64,000 bases of DNA, taken from a virus. Position 1 is the stretch's first letter; each line of letters opens with the position of its first letter. The stretch is from the IMG/VR virus record IMGVR_UViG_3300020424_000652. One strand, 5' to 3'. The position numbers and the translations under genes are program-made. Under the pieces are notes generated by a model, which made no database searches, was not told the origin of the DNA, and worked only from the letters and a program-made list of their open reading frames with translations. Below are positions 31,821-41,089 of this stretch, piece after piece.

Positions 31821-32514
31821 GTTAATAATGCCTATGGCAGGTGATGGAAACAGGTTCAAAGAAAAAGGATATGATATACCCAAGCCTTTGGTTCCTGTAA
31901 AAGGTATACCAATGTTTCAATATGCTGAACAACAGATAGGTATTGACTTTGATGAACGTATTTTTATAGTGCGTAAGGATCATAACATCACTGACAAAAT
32001 AAAAGATTTATATTCTAATGCAACAGTCATAGAGCTGGACCAACTTACAGAAGGAACTGCTTGTACACTTTACAAAGCCAAAGAACTATTCGCTGAGGGG
32101 GATAGTGTGTTTGTTAGCAACTGTGATCAAAGTGTTGCATGGGATAGCAACAAGGTTAGAACAATCATAGACAATGGCATAGACGGACTTATAGCAACCT
32201 TTACGTGTCCAGATAAAAATCCTAAATGGAGTTATGCAAAAACAGTTGCAGACAAAGTTGTAGAGGTTGCAGAAAAGAAAGCAATATCAGACAGAGCAAC
32301 AGTAGGATATTATTATTGGCGTGATGCAAAACAAATGTTTAGAAACATAGATCAAATGATTGAAGCTAATGATAGGGTCAACAATGAATTTTACACTTGC
32401 CCTGTGTATAATTACACTATAAAGGAAGGTGCAAATGTGTGTGCATTTGATGTTGTTTCAATGCAAGGTATTGGGACACCAGAAGATCTAGAAAGTTACA
32501 TAAATGAAAATTGA
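31810..32514 (+). CDS. Sugar-phosphate nucleotidyltransferase family protein
   Basis: PMAGDGNRF...PKPL, NCDQ, AEKKAIS, GTPEDL. Confidence 0.85.
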   Translation: MSIKLIMPMAGDGNRFKEKGYDIPKPLVPVKGIPMFQYAEQQIGIDFDERIFIVRKDHNITDKIKDLYSNATVIELDQLTEGTACTLYKAKELFAEGDSVFVSNCDQSVAWDSNKVRTIIDNGIDGLIATFTCPDKNPKWSYAKTVADKVVEVAEKKAISDRATVGYYYWRDAKQMFRNIDQMIEANDRVNNEFYTCPVYNYTIKEGANVCAFDVVSMQGIGTPEDLESYINEN

Positions 32515-33112
32515 TATTAATGACATAAAATTTTGGATGGATGCAATCCGCAACAGTGATGATAGAGATCGCACACTTGAAACTTTTTGGGGAGGGCAAA
32601 TCAAAAGCAAGTTGTGGTTAATAGAACAACTTGAGAAACACAAAGCAATTAGAAACGCAGAATGTATCATACACGGAGGTTGGAATGGATTGTTGGCTTG
32701 TATGATATTCAATAGTGAACTTGGAATAAAACATATCACTAGCATAGACATAGATCCTAAATGTAAAGAAATTGCATCAACAATGAATAAACGTTATGAG
32801 ATGGAAGGTAAATTTGAATCTGTTACAGCAGATATGTGTGAATATGAATACAAAACTAATCCTTATTTTGTAATCAATACAAGTTGTGAACACATAACAC
32901 AGGAACAATATAACAAGTGGTTAGATAAAGTGCCAGGTGATGCACAGATTGTTTTACAAAGCAACAATTATTTCGAACTAGAAGAACACGTGAATTGTAT
33001 GAAAAGTCTTGCAGATTTTGAAAGAAAAAGTAAATTAAAAGTTTCTGAAAAGATGGAACTAGAATTACCTAAGTACACAAGATATATGTTAATAGGAAGG
33101 AAAGATGACTAA
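32504..33112 (+). CDS. Class I SAM-dependent methyltransferase-like protein
   Basis: IHGGWNG motif I, SIDIDP, ADM, INTSCEH. Confidence 0.75.
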   Translation: MKIDINDIKFWMDAIRNSDDRDRTLETFWGGQIKSKLWLIEQLEKHKAIRNAECIIHGGWNGLLACMIFNSELGIKHITSIDIDPKCKEIASTMNKRYEMEGKFESVTADMCEYEYKTNPYFVINTSCEHITQEQYNKWLDKVPGDAQIVLQSNNYFELEEHVNCMKSLADFERKSKLKVSEKMELELPKYTRYMLIGRKDD

Positions 33113-34409
33113 AACTTTTTGCCCTTTGCCATGGATACATTTAGCTACAAGACCTAATGGAGATGTTAGAGTTTGTTGTACTGCCAATGCCAGTGGTGCA
33201 GGTAAAGAAGATGAAAAGACAGCAGGACTTGTTAAGAAAGATGGTATAGCAATGAACTTGCGTGACCATACAATAGAAGAAGTATGGAACAGTGAACACA
33301 TGAGAAGAACAAGACTGCAAATGTTAAATGGAGAAGTGCCAAGCAGTTGCGTAAAATGTTTTAATGAAGAAGCAAAAGGTATAACAAGTAAACGCCAATG
33401 GGAAACTGAAGAATGGAAACAACGTTTAGACTTTAACAAACTTATTGCAAGTACACAAGATGATGGTACTGCACCTGTAAATATTCCTTACTTTGATCTT
33501 CGTTTAGGAAACTTATGTCAACTTAAATGTGTTATGTGTAGTCCACATGATAGTTCAAGTTGGATCAAAGAATGGAAACTACAATATCCACAGTATAAAA
33601 ACAAAGATTTAATTGCAGATCAAGGTTGGGACGATCAATATGATTATACTTGGTACAAGAAAGGATCTTTTATAGATTCGATGAAAAGTCAAGCACAGCA
33701 CATACAGGAACTATACTTTGCAGGTGGTGAACCATTATTGATACCTGAACATTATGCAATATTAGAATTTATGGTTGCGGAAGGATATGCAAAAGACTGT
33801 AATTTAAGATATAATTCAAATGGGTTAGAATTACCAGACAAATTATTTCAGTTATGGGATCATTTCAAAGAAATTAGATTTAATTTTAGCATAGATGCTT
33901 ACGGACAACGTAATGAATATATACGTTACCCAAGCAAGTGGTCGGACGTTGAAACCAACTTAAAAAGACTTGATCAAAATACAAAGGACAACACAGTTAT
34001 CAATATTGCCTGTGCAGTACAATTATTAAATGCAGGGTACATAGATGAACTAGCTGAATGGAAAATGGATCAAGGATTTAGTAAAATCAATCCTTCAATG
34101 TTCGGCGGAGGAATAATAGGAACACATTTAGTCTATTTGCCATCATACTTGAACGTACAAGTTTTACCTAAATCAGCTAAAGATTGGATTAAGGAAAAAG
34201 TAGAAACTTTTATAGATAGACAAAAATTTAATTTAGAATTTAATCAACATCCGTATGGAGCACAACGTTGGCATGGTTTGTTAAAATACATGATGCAAGA
34301 AGACTGGAGTCACAAGTTACCAGCTTTACAAGAATATTTAAAAGTAACAGATGAAAGACGTGGGACAGATTTTAGAAAAACGTTTCCTGAACTAGGACAG
34401 TTTATATGA
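33105..34409 (+). CDS. Radical SAM protein with N-terminal twitch-like domain
   Basis: CQLKCVMC, FAGGEP; N-terminal CPLPWIH..VCC..CVKC. Confidence 0.9.
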   Translation: MTKTFCPLPWIHLATRPNGDVRVCCTANASGAGKEDEKTAGLVKKDGIAMNLRDHTIEEVWNSEHMRRTRLQMLNGEVPSSCVKCFNEEAKGITSKRQWETEEWKQRLDFNKLIASTQDDGTAPVNIPYFDLRLGNLCQLKCVMCSPHDSSSWIKEWKLQYPQYKNKDLIADQGWDDQYDYTWYKKGSFIDSMKSQAQHIQELYFAGGEPLLIPEHYAILEFMVAEGYAKDCNLRYNSNGLELPDKLFQLWDHFKEIRFNFSIDAYGQRNEYIRYPSKWSDVETNLKRLDQNTKDNTVINIACAVQLLNAGYIDELAEWKMDQGFSKINPSMFGGGIIGTHLVYLPSYLNVQVLPKSAKDWIKEKVETFIDRQKFNLEFNQHPYGAQRWHGLLKYMMQEDWSHKLPALQEYLKVTDERRGTDFRKTFPELGQFI

Positions 34410-34996
34410 GAAAAATAATTGTAACAGGCAGTGAAAGTGTAATAGGAAAAGCTATAATGGAGGGTCTGTGGTGGTTTGTTGATGATTACGAGATAATAGG
34501 ACTTGATAAGAAAAATGGTCAAGATGTGCTAGACAATCTTGAGCTGATAGCAACAGCAGACATACTGATCAACAACGCATATATTCCTGTAGATCAAAAC
34601 GCATTGTTTATGGCTTGGTGTAAGACAAACAAGGACAAGGCCAAACTGTGTGTAAATATTAGCAGTCAAATTGCTAGTGCAGAAGATCCTAGCAAGTTTG
34701 CAACAGAACAGTATTACATAGATAAAAAGTATATGGACGAACAGAGTGTAGAGATAAACAAGAATCATTGGAAGTGCAAAGTTAGTGTAATAAGCCCTAA
34801 CATCACTAAATCAAATTTATCTGAGCTAAACCTAGCAACGGGGCCTTTTAAAAAATGGGTTGAAAATTTATATAGTACCCACGAAAAAAATGGTACTTTG
34901 ATAAAAGAAGAATCAATATCAAATTGTGTAAAATACATAATTGAAAGTTGGTTAGAAGGAACACACATTTCAAGAATAGAGGTTAGGAACCCATGA
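34406..34996 (+). CDS. Short-chain dehydrogenase/reductase-like protein
   Basis: VTGSESVIG, INNA, NISS, YxxxK (YYIDK). Confidence 0.75.
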   Translation: MRKIIVTGSESVIGKAIMEGLWWFVDDYEIIGLDKKNGQDVLDNLELIATADILINNAYIPVDQNALFMAWCKTNKDKAKLCVNISSQIASAEDPSKFATEQYYIDKKYMDEQSVEINKNHWKCKVSVISPNITKSNLSELNLATGPFKKWVENLYSTHEKNGTLIKEESISNCVKYIIESWLEGTHISRIEVRNP

Positions 34997-35904
34997 AACT
35001 AACATACAAAGATCCTGCAAAAAATAATTGGTTCCTAGTCAGTTGGACATTGTCTAACAAGTGTAATTATAGATGTGAATACTGTCCAGACATATTACAT
35101 AATGGAAGTACAGGACAACCTCAATGGTCAACTGTAAAAAGATTTGTGCAAAACTTTAATTTAAAAGATAAAAAAATTTGTTATAGATTAAGTGGAGGAG
35201 AACCCACTTATTGGAAACACTTTATTGATCTTGCAGAACTTGTTAAAGAAGAAGGTCACAAGTTTACCTTTGTAAGTAATGGCAGTCAAAGTCCTGAGTA
35301 TTTTAAAAAGATTGCTCCTTACACAGATGGTATGATGTTAAGTTATCATAAAGCATACGCAAATCCTGAACATTTCATAAAAATTATAAATGAAAGCAAA
35401 ATAGAAACTGTGATAAACATGATGTTATTGCCTAGTGACTTCGAAGAAATTTTTGCACTTGCTGAAAAAATTTATAGCTCAACTGCAAGAGCTAGTATAG
35501 TTCCTAAGGTTATAGTTGACAAAACAAGTTCTGAAAACATCACAAATGAAGTTATGACATACACAGAAGCACAAAAACAATTAATTAAAGATTGGCCTTT
35601 TTCACGTAAAGTAAATGATGAAGAATTACATAGGGGTGCTATGATGTTAAATGATGAAGTTGTAAATGCTAATGATTTAATATTGCAAGATAAAAACAAG
35701 TTTAGTGGTTGGAACTGTTGGGCAGGATTACACGGAGTCAATATAGATATGTGGGGAAATATGTATAGGGCTGACTGTCAGTTTGGCGGAGCAATAGGAA
35801 ACTTAGAAAGATACAAACTGCCAAAGGAAAAAATACTTTGTGGCAAAGAAAGATGCAGTTGTTTAAGCGACATATACATAAGGAAAGAAAATGAAAAAGT
35901 ATAA
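34993..35904 (+). CDS. Radical SAM protein with C-terminal Cys-rich domain
   Basis: CNYRCEYC, LSGGEP; NCWAG...ADC...CGKERCSC; paralog of 27745. Confidence 0.9.
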   Translation: MKLTYKDPAKNNWFLVSWTLSNKCNYRCEYCPDILHNGSTGQPQWSTVKRFVQNFNLKDKKICYRLSGGEPTYWKHFIDLAELVKEEGHKFTFVSNGSQSPEYFKKIAPYTDGMMLSYHKAYANPEHFIKIINESKIETVINMMLLPSDFEEIFALAEKIYSSTARASIVPKVIVDKTSSENITNEVMTYTEAQKQLIKDWPFSRKVNDEELHRGAMMLNDEVVNANDLILQDKNKFSGWNCWAGLHGVNIDMWGNMYRADCQFGGAIGNLERYKLPKEKILCGKERCSCLSDIYIRKENEKV

Positions 35905-36082
35905 AATTGGATTAATTCAGGCAGTTATAGTTTTAGTGCCAACATACTTGGTAGCATATCTCACAGATAAGATGGTTTATACCATTCCAATGTTAGCGGC
36001 CGCAAGTTTTATTGCCGCATCATTTAGTAAAGACACAACTACTAAACGTATTGATGATATCTCTAAAGAAGGTAAAGATTAA
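35891..36082 (+). CDS. Small membrane protein
   Basis: Two hydrophobic segments; coupled to its neighbours. Confidence 0.6.
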   Translation: MKKYKIGLIQAVIVLVPTYLVAYLTDKMVYTIPMLAAASFIAASFSKDTTTKRIDDISKEGKD

Positions 36083-36633
36083 TGAAAATATTAGTTACAG
36101 GTAATCCAAACTATGAAGGACTATGCAAAGGCATATACGAAGCATACAATCGTAATTTTGTAGAATTTATAGGAAGATGGAATGGTTGGGATCTTACAGA
36201 TTATGAAAAGGTGGCAAACTATGCCAAGTCATATGATGTATTTGTTAACAGCCAATACGGTCCTAACGGAGAACAAGTTGAGCTGTTAGATGCTGTATAT
36301 GAAAAGTTTGATAGCGGACACATAATAAACATCAGCAGTACAAGTTCTTACTGGGGTGATGGTTACAGTCCTAGAAACTATATTGAAAATAAAACTTTGC
36401 TTGACGGAAGAAGCAAAAGGTTAGCAAAAAATGTATGCTGGGGTGACAGTAAAATACGGATTAGTAATATTGCTTTTGGTCAACTAAACAGTCAAAGTCA
36501 AAAAAATAAAGATGATACTAGACACAAGATAAGTTTGCTCGAAGCAGGAAAATATGTGAAGTGGGTAATAGATTCACCTCGTGATATTAATCTACATTAT
36601 ATTGCTTTGGATCCTATCCAAACAGGGGAGTAA
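36082..36633 (+). CDS. Short-chain dehydrogenase/reductase-like protein
   Basis: KILVTG, FVNSQ, INISSTS, YIENK (YxxxK). Confidence 0.7.
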   Translation: MKILVTGNPNYEGLCKGIYEAYNRNFVEFIGRWNGWDLTDYEKVANYAKSYDVFVNSQYGPNGEQVELLDAVYEKFDSGHIINISSTSSYWGDGYSPRNYIENKTLLDGRSKRLAKNVCWGDSKIRISNIAFGQLNSQSQKNKDDTRHKISLLEAGKYVKWVIDSPRDINLHYIALDPIQTGE

Positions 36634-37738
36634 GTTCTGGACAATGATCTAGTACTCTTGTGTTTCTAATTTTATCTAAATCATTTGTGTAGTTTATAAA
36701 AGCATCAATATACTTAGGTGCTTGTTCAGATTGTGTATAATTTATCTTAGGTAATCTAAAATCAATCTTATCTAATATCTCGTTAGGCAAAACTCTTGGA
36801 TTCAAATAAGGAGGGGCTGTAACCACGTTGTTGAAATATATTTCCCAGTTGTCTTTTTTGTTTTCTTCAAACCACCAATGTATTTTATCAAGGTGTGCTA
36901 TGTTGTAAGCCATCACAGTCACAGCAATAATTATTCTATCAAAATCATATTGTTTTAAATTTTCATTTAGTTGTTCAAATGTAAAGTTTTTTCCGCCTCG
37001 AATGTATTCATATAAACCATCTGTGCCTTCCAAACTCACAGTCCATTTTGTTTCCTTGTATTGTTTGGCCAATTGAGCGACTTCTTCATCTACTATTGTG
37101 CCATTAGTAGTCCAGTCTATAGTTATGTTCTTTGCTATTCCTAAATCAATAAATTTTTTAAGTATCAATTTATTTGCAGGTTCCATGTAAGGTTCGCCAC
37201 CTTTGATGCTAAGATATCTCAAGTTCATGAATGGTGTTGGATCCTCAAACAGTCTAGCAACTATTTCATCGCTTTTATTGGTGTATCCGAATTCTGGATC
37301 ATCTATTCTACGTCCATAGGGGTTACCGTTTTGTGCTAATTTAAGATCATCTTTTACCCAAGCACTTGAATTTATTCCATCGCACATTCTACACTTTAGG
37401 TTACAGATATTGCTCATATTGAATTCCAAAAAGTAGATATCTGTGAAGTTTTTGGAGTAATCATAATTGGTATTTTCTAGCATTGGATTCAAAATATCTT
37501 TGAAAAATAATCTCCTGCTATGACCCACAGAGAGCTCTTTTAAAGCACATTGTTGACACTCGGGCGGTAAGTGGCCCGCTCTTATTGAATCACGTGTGTA
37601 TGACGCTGTATAGCTGTTTAAAAGGTCATTTAAAGACGATTCTAGCACGTTTCCGTAACGTTTTAAGTACACACCATCAGGTACTATGTCACCATTAAAA
37701 CGTACCAAAATACTATGCCATGGTGCGAAGCATTTCAT
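36614..37738 (-). CDS. Radical SAM protein with N-terminal twitch-like domain
   Basis: CNLKCRMC, IKGGEP; N-terminal CFAPWHS..CQQC. Confidence 0.9.
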   Translation of the reverse strand: MKCFAPWHSILVRFNGDIVPDGVYLKRYGNVLESSLNDLLNSYTASYTRDSIRAGHLPPECQQCALKELSVGHSRRLFFKDILNPMLENTNYDYSKNFTDIYFLEFNMSNICNLKCRMCDGINSSAWVKDDLKLAQNGNPYGRRIDDPEFGYTNKSDEIVARLFEDPTPFMNLRYLSIKGGEPYMEPANKLILKKFIDLGIAKNITIDWTTNGTIVDEEVAQLAKQYKETKWTVSLEGTDGLYEYIRGGKNFTFEQLNENLKQYDFDRIIIAVTVMAYNIAHLDKIHWWFEENKKDNWEIYFNNVVTAPPYLNPRVLPNEILDKIDFRLPKINYTQSEQAPKYIDAFINYTNDLDKIRNTRVLDHCPELTPLFG

Positions 37739-38177
37739 CGTATTTTTCTCCAAAAGCTGATCGTAGATCGCTTTCCATTTTTGTTTGAATTTCCTGTGGT
37801 GAATATATTCCTACGTTATCCCAATCTACAAGATAAGTGTTATCTCCATCTAAAAGTATATTGCTTAACACCCAATCATAGTGTGCATATGGCAAAGTTT
37901 GATCTAATGTTTCATTACAAAAAGTGTATATCCTTTTAAAAAATTTTGGTGTGTGTGGCACTTTGTTTGCCGGCGTGCCAGGTACTATATGATAATCTAT
38001 GAACATACTATTTTTTGTTGTGCCATAATCTAATACATATCCTGGTATCACTTTGTCTAAAATAGATATGTGTTCTTCTAAGGCAAACTCATCATGGATA
38101 TACCAAACCTTACGATATCTATCATCTAACTTGTAAACTTCTCTTTTCTTTTCTATATTCTTTTTAATTAATTCCAT
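37713..38177 (-). CDS. Minimal protein-kinase-like/APH-fold phosphotransferase
   Basis: HYDWVLSNILL catalytic loop and LVDWD metal-binding motif. Confidence 0.65.
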   Translation of the reverse strand: MELIKKNIEKKREVYKLDDRYRKVWYIHDEFALEEHISILDKVIPGYVLDYGTTKNSMFIDYHIVPGTPANKVPHTPKFFKRIYTFCNETLDQTLPYAHYDWVLSNILLDGDNTYLVDWDNVGIYSPQEIQTKMESDLRSAFGEKYDEMLRTMA

Positions 38178-39198
38178 AGTATCCTGCCACTTCTGGTAAG
38201 TATTCCTTGATGCTACAACCTCTATTTTTATCTAACACACCTATCCACTTTTTAAATTCTTCCTGCTTTTCAATACTTGTAGGGTGATTCATCCAGTAAT
38301 CAAAATGTGCAATATTATCTTTCATTGCCTGTGGTGCATTTTTTATGTGTAGACAATCTGGAGTCATTAGCAAGTTATCAAATATTTCTAATTGGTTTGC
38401 CTGTGCATATTCAACATAGTCATCATATTCTAAAACATTCATTATTTGCACAGTAGGACCTAAACTTACATCAGCTACCTCTCTAAATTTATTAAGGTTG
38501 TATTCTACAACGTCCCAATTACTACCCCAACGTATGTAATCATTTGTTCTGCCTATACCATCAATGCTAAAGTTCATGTTCACACGTTCGAATCTTTTAA
38601 GTTCATTAAAAACTTTCGGATTAAACAATGTACCATTAGTGTTAAATCTTACTTCAACTGATGGATCTAGTTTTGCAAGAAACTTGTTTAGTCCTTTCAC
38701 CATCATAGGTTCACCACCTGTAAGATATACTTCTCTTAAATTAGGATTACGTGCTAATGTTTCTCCCTGCTCATCTGTATACCAGTTGTATAAGCCATAG
38801 TCAAACCAACCCCATGGGCTTTCGCCTTTTGCCTTTAGTTCTTTGTGTTCTTCGTACAAACTACTAGAACTACCTGGGTAACACATGGTACAACGTAAAT
38901 TACATTGGTTTCCAAACCTTATATCCAAATGACTTATACCAGGACCATATTCTCTTGGTCTTTGACGCATACTTGGTCTACCAGCTTCTTCCATCAGCTT
39001 ACATTTTTTACAAGCATCTGGCCATTCATTGTTAGCAAGTTGCTCACGTGCTTTTGTAGGTGTTTCACTTGCTAACCATTGTTCTGGAGTCATTTGTTTT
39101 ATGTTTTCTTTGTTTGTCTTTTCATTACTAATGCAACACAAACGAAACTCGCCATCAGGGCGTATCATTACTTGATGATCTAAATACTTACACCTCAC
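38164..39198 (-). CDS. Radical SAM protein with N-terminal twitch-like domain
   Basis: CNLRCTMC, LTGGEP; N-terminal CKY..LCC..CKKC. Confidence 0.9.
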   Translation of the reverse strand: MRCKYLDHQVMIRPDGEFRLCCISNEKTNKENIKQMTPEQWLASETPTKAREQLANNEWPDACKKCKLMEEAGRPSMRQRPREYGPGISHLDIRFGNQCNLRCTMCYPGSSSSLYEEHKELKAKGESPWGWFDYGLYNWYTDEQGETLARNPNLREVYLTGGEPMMVKGLNKFLAKLDPSVEVRFNTNGTLFNPKVFNELKRFERVNMNFSIDGIGRTNDYIRWGSNWDVVEYNLNKFREVADVSLGPTVQIMNVLEYDDYVEYAQANQLEIFDNLLMTPDCLHIKNAPQAMKDNIAHFDYWMNHPTSIEKQEEFKKWIGVLDKNRGCSIKEYLPEVAGYYGIN

Positions 39199-40216
39199 CG
39201 CAAGTTACCTCACAAATTTTAAACCTATTTTCACTAGACCAACTTTCAGGCAGATCTTGTGCAAAGAAAGGACTGTCTAATATAACTTCCAAAGGCATAT
39301 CATTTACATTAAGCCAATCTACTTTTGATACTTCTTGTGCATAAGGGCTTTCTACTTCTCTTGGATATCTGTCAGATAGCATATAGCAACAAGGAAATAC
39401 TTCACCAACATGGCTAACTTGTATTTTTCTTTTCTTTTGCCATTTACAAGTTATACATGATTTCTTGAATCCATCAGCCAAACTGCCATGTTTTTGTTTC
39501 AAATCTTTTAAACGTTTTAAATTATCTAGTTTGCTTGTATCGTATTTTATTGTACGAGCTTGTTCCCGTTTGTTGGCTTTAAATTTTTCTATTGCTTTAT
39601 TAACCATACTATTCATAGCAGTAAAAGTATGTCCACCATTTATATCAAATTTTGCAAATCCCATTTTTTTACTTAATTCTTCTGCTTGTTCTAATTGATG
39701 TGCATTGTGTTCAAACACCAACATACGCCATCTTCCTAATCCACCTGCGTCTAAAAATGCTTGGGCGTTTTCCATTACCTTATTCCATTTAACATTTCTT
39801 CTGTAAAGATGATTTGTATCTTCTAAACCGTCTATGCTAAAAACTACATGAGTTGGAAATGGAAAGTCTTTTAATTTATTTGCTAGTTCATCAAAGTATT
39901 TAGGCTGTCTCATACCACCATTGGTATGTATATGGATAATAGGTTTTTTGTAGTTTTTTAAATAATCCAAACATTCAAACAAGTGTGGACTTACCAAAGG
40001 ATCTCCATATGATCCATTGAATACAATCTGATTGATGTTTCTTAAAACATTCTCACTGAACAGATTTTTGAATGTTGCAGGACTCATATGTTCAAGAGGC
40101 ATACGTGGATTTACTTCTACTCCACCTAAATTTCTTGAACAGTTACCACACATAGCATTACAATGAGCAGTAAAATCTACTGTAATCGTATCTATATCTT
40201 CTATATCCAAATACAT
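39188..40216 (-). CDS. Radical SAM/SPASM protein
   Basis: CNAMCGNC, NGSYGDP; C-terminal CITC..PCC..CEVTC; start reassigned to ATG 40216 (MYLDIEDI) by similarity to the 29239 N-terminus. Confidence 0.9.
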   Translation of the reverse strand: MYLDIEDIDTITVDFTAHCNAMCGNCSRNLGGVEVNPRMPLEHMSPATFKNLFSENVLRNINQIVFNGSYGDPLVSPHLFECLDYLKNYKKPIIHIHTNGGMRQPKYFDELANKLKDFPFPTHVVFSIDGLEDTNHLYRRNVKWNKVMENAQAFLDAGGLGRWRMLVFEHNAHQLEQAEELSKKMGFAKFDINGGHTFTAMNSMVNKAIEKFKANKREQARTIKYDTSKLDNLKRLKDLKQKHGSLADGFKKSCITCKWQKKRKIQVSHVGEVFPCCYMLSDRYPREVESPYAQEVSKVDWLNVNDMPLEVILDSPFFAQDLPESWSSENRFKICEVTCGEV

Positions 40217-40251
40217 GATAAGTATATTTAACTGAATTATAAGGTAGTTTA

Positions 40252-40962
40252 ATGGATATAGAACATACAAAAACCCTGGAAACATTCTGGAAAGAACACA
40301 AAAAAGACGTAAATTTTTTATACCAAGATGTATTTGACCCAATGTGGTTAGTTGAAGAATCGCATTGGCCTTTCTTTAAACTATCAGCACTGGACAATCA
40401 ACCCTGGGCTAAAATGCACAACGAAGCAGAAAGTTTGTTAGAGTCTTTTCACGATCATAGAGATGATTATGGCTATGGTTGGAAGAGCTTAACAATACAT
40501 GGATTAGATGATGATACTCAAACATTAGACAGTTATGGTGATAGAGACAAAGTAATTAAACAATTAGATTGGACATGGGTAGCAGACAAGTGTCCTACTG
40601 TGAAAACTTTTTTAAAAGATGTATGGCCTATGGAGTATCTCAATAGAGTAAGATTTATGTTGCTGGAACCAGGAGGATATATTTTGCCTCATCAAGATAG
40701 AGATGCAAAAGAAAAAAGATTAAGTGTATGCAACATAGCCTTAAACAATCCTGATGACTGTGAATTTATTTTTAAGGATCATGGAGTCGTGCCTTTCCAA
40801 GATAAAGGCGGTGCGTTTTTAATGGACATCAGCAACGTTCATGCAGTATGGAACAAAAGTGATGTACCAAGGATACACATGATAATACATGGTGAAGTTG
40901 GTAGAAGATTACGTGATATGTTTTATGTGTTAAGACAAAGTTATTACACTAATAGGGGATAA
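40252..40962 (+). CDS. Aspartyl/asparaginyl beta-hydroxylase-like 2OG-Fe(II) oxygenase
   Basis: RVRFMLLEPGGYILPHQD (HxD), HAVWN, RIHMII. Confidence 0.8.
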   Translation: MDIEHTKTLETFWKEHKKDVNFLYQDVFDPMWLVEESHWPFFKLSALDNQPWAKMHNEAESLLESFHDHRDDYGYGWKSLTIHGLDDDTQTLDSYGDRDKVIKQLDWTWVADKCPTVKTFLKDVWPMEYLNRVRFMLLEPGGYILPHQDRDAKEKRLSVCNIALNNPDDCEFIFKDHGVVPFQDKGGAFLMDISNVHAVWNKSDVPRIHMIIHGEVGRRLRDMFYVLRQSYYTNRG

Positions 40963-40963
40963 A

Positions 40964-41089
40964 ATGTTAACTTGGTTTTTAGTAGGAATATTAGCTGGCT
41001 TGTTCATTAGATGTACTTGTAAGCCACACAAATCTGTTGACGACAAGTTCAAAGATCCTTGGAACTGGACAGGGTTCGGAGGCGGTTAA
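40964..41089 (+). CDS. 41-aa microprotein (not in the ORF track)
   Basis: AGGGG RBS; MLTWFLVGILAGLFIRCTCKPHKSVDDKFKDPWNWTGFGGG; its stop overlaps the next ATG (TAATG). Confidence 0.65.
   Translation: MLTWFLVGILAGLFIRCTCKPHKSVDDKFKDPWNWTGFGGG

Noticed and set aside
27745-35904. Viperin or MoaA assignment for the CNYxCxYC radical-SAM genes
   Set aside because: Only generic rSAM motifs match; viperin- and MoaA-specific signatures and moa/defence context were not recognised
40217-40342. N-terminal extension of rSAM 39188..40342
   Set aside because: It would overlap the divergent hydroxylase gene; the paralog at 29239 aligns from ATG 40216
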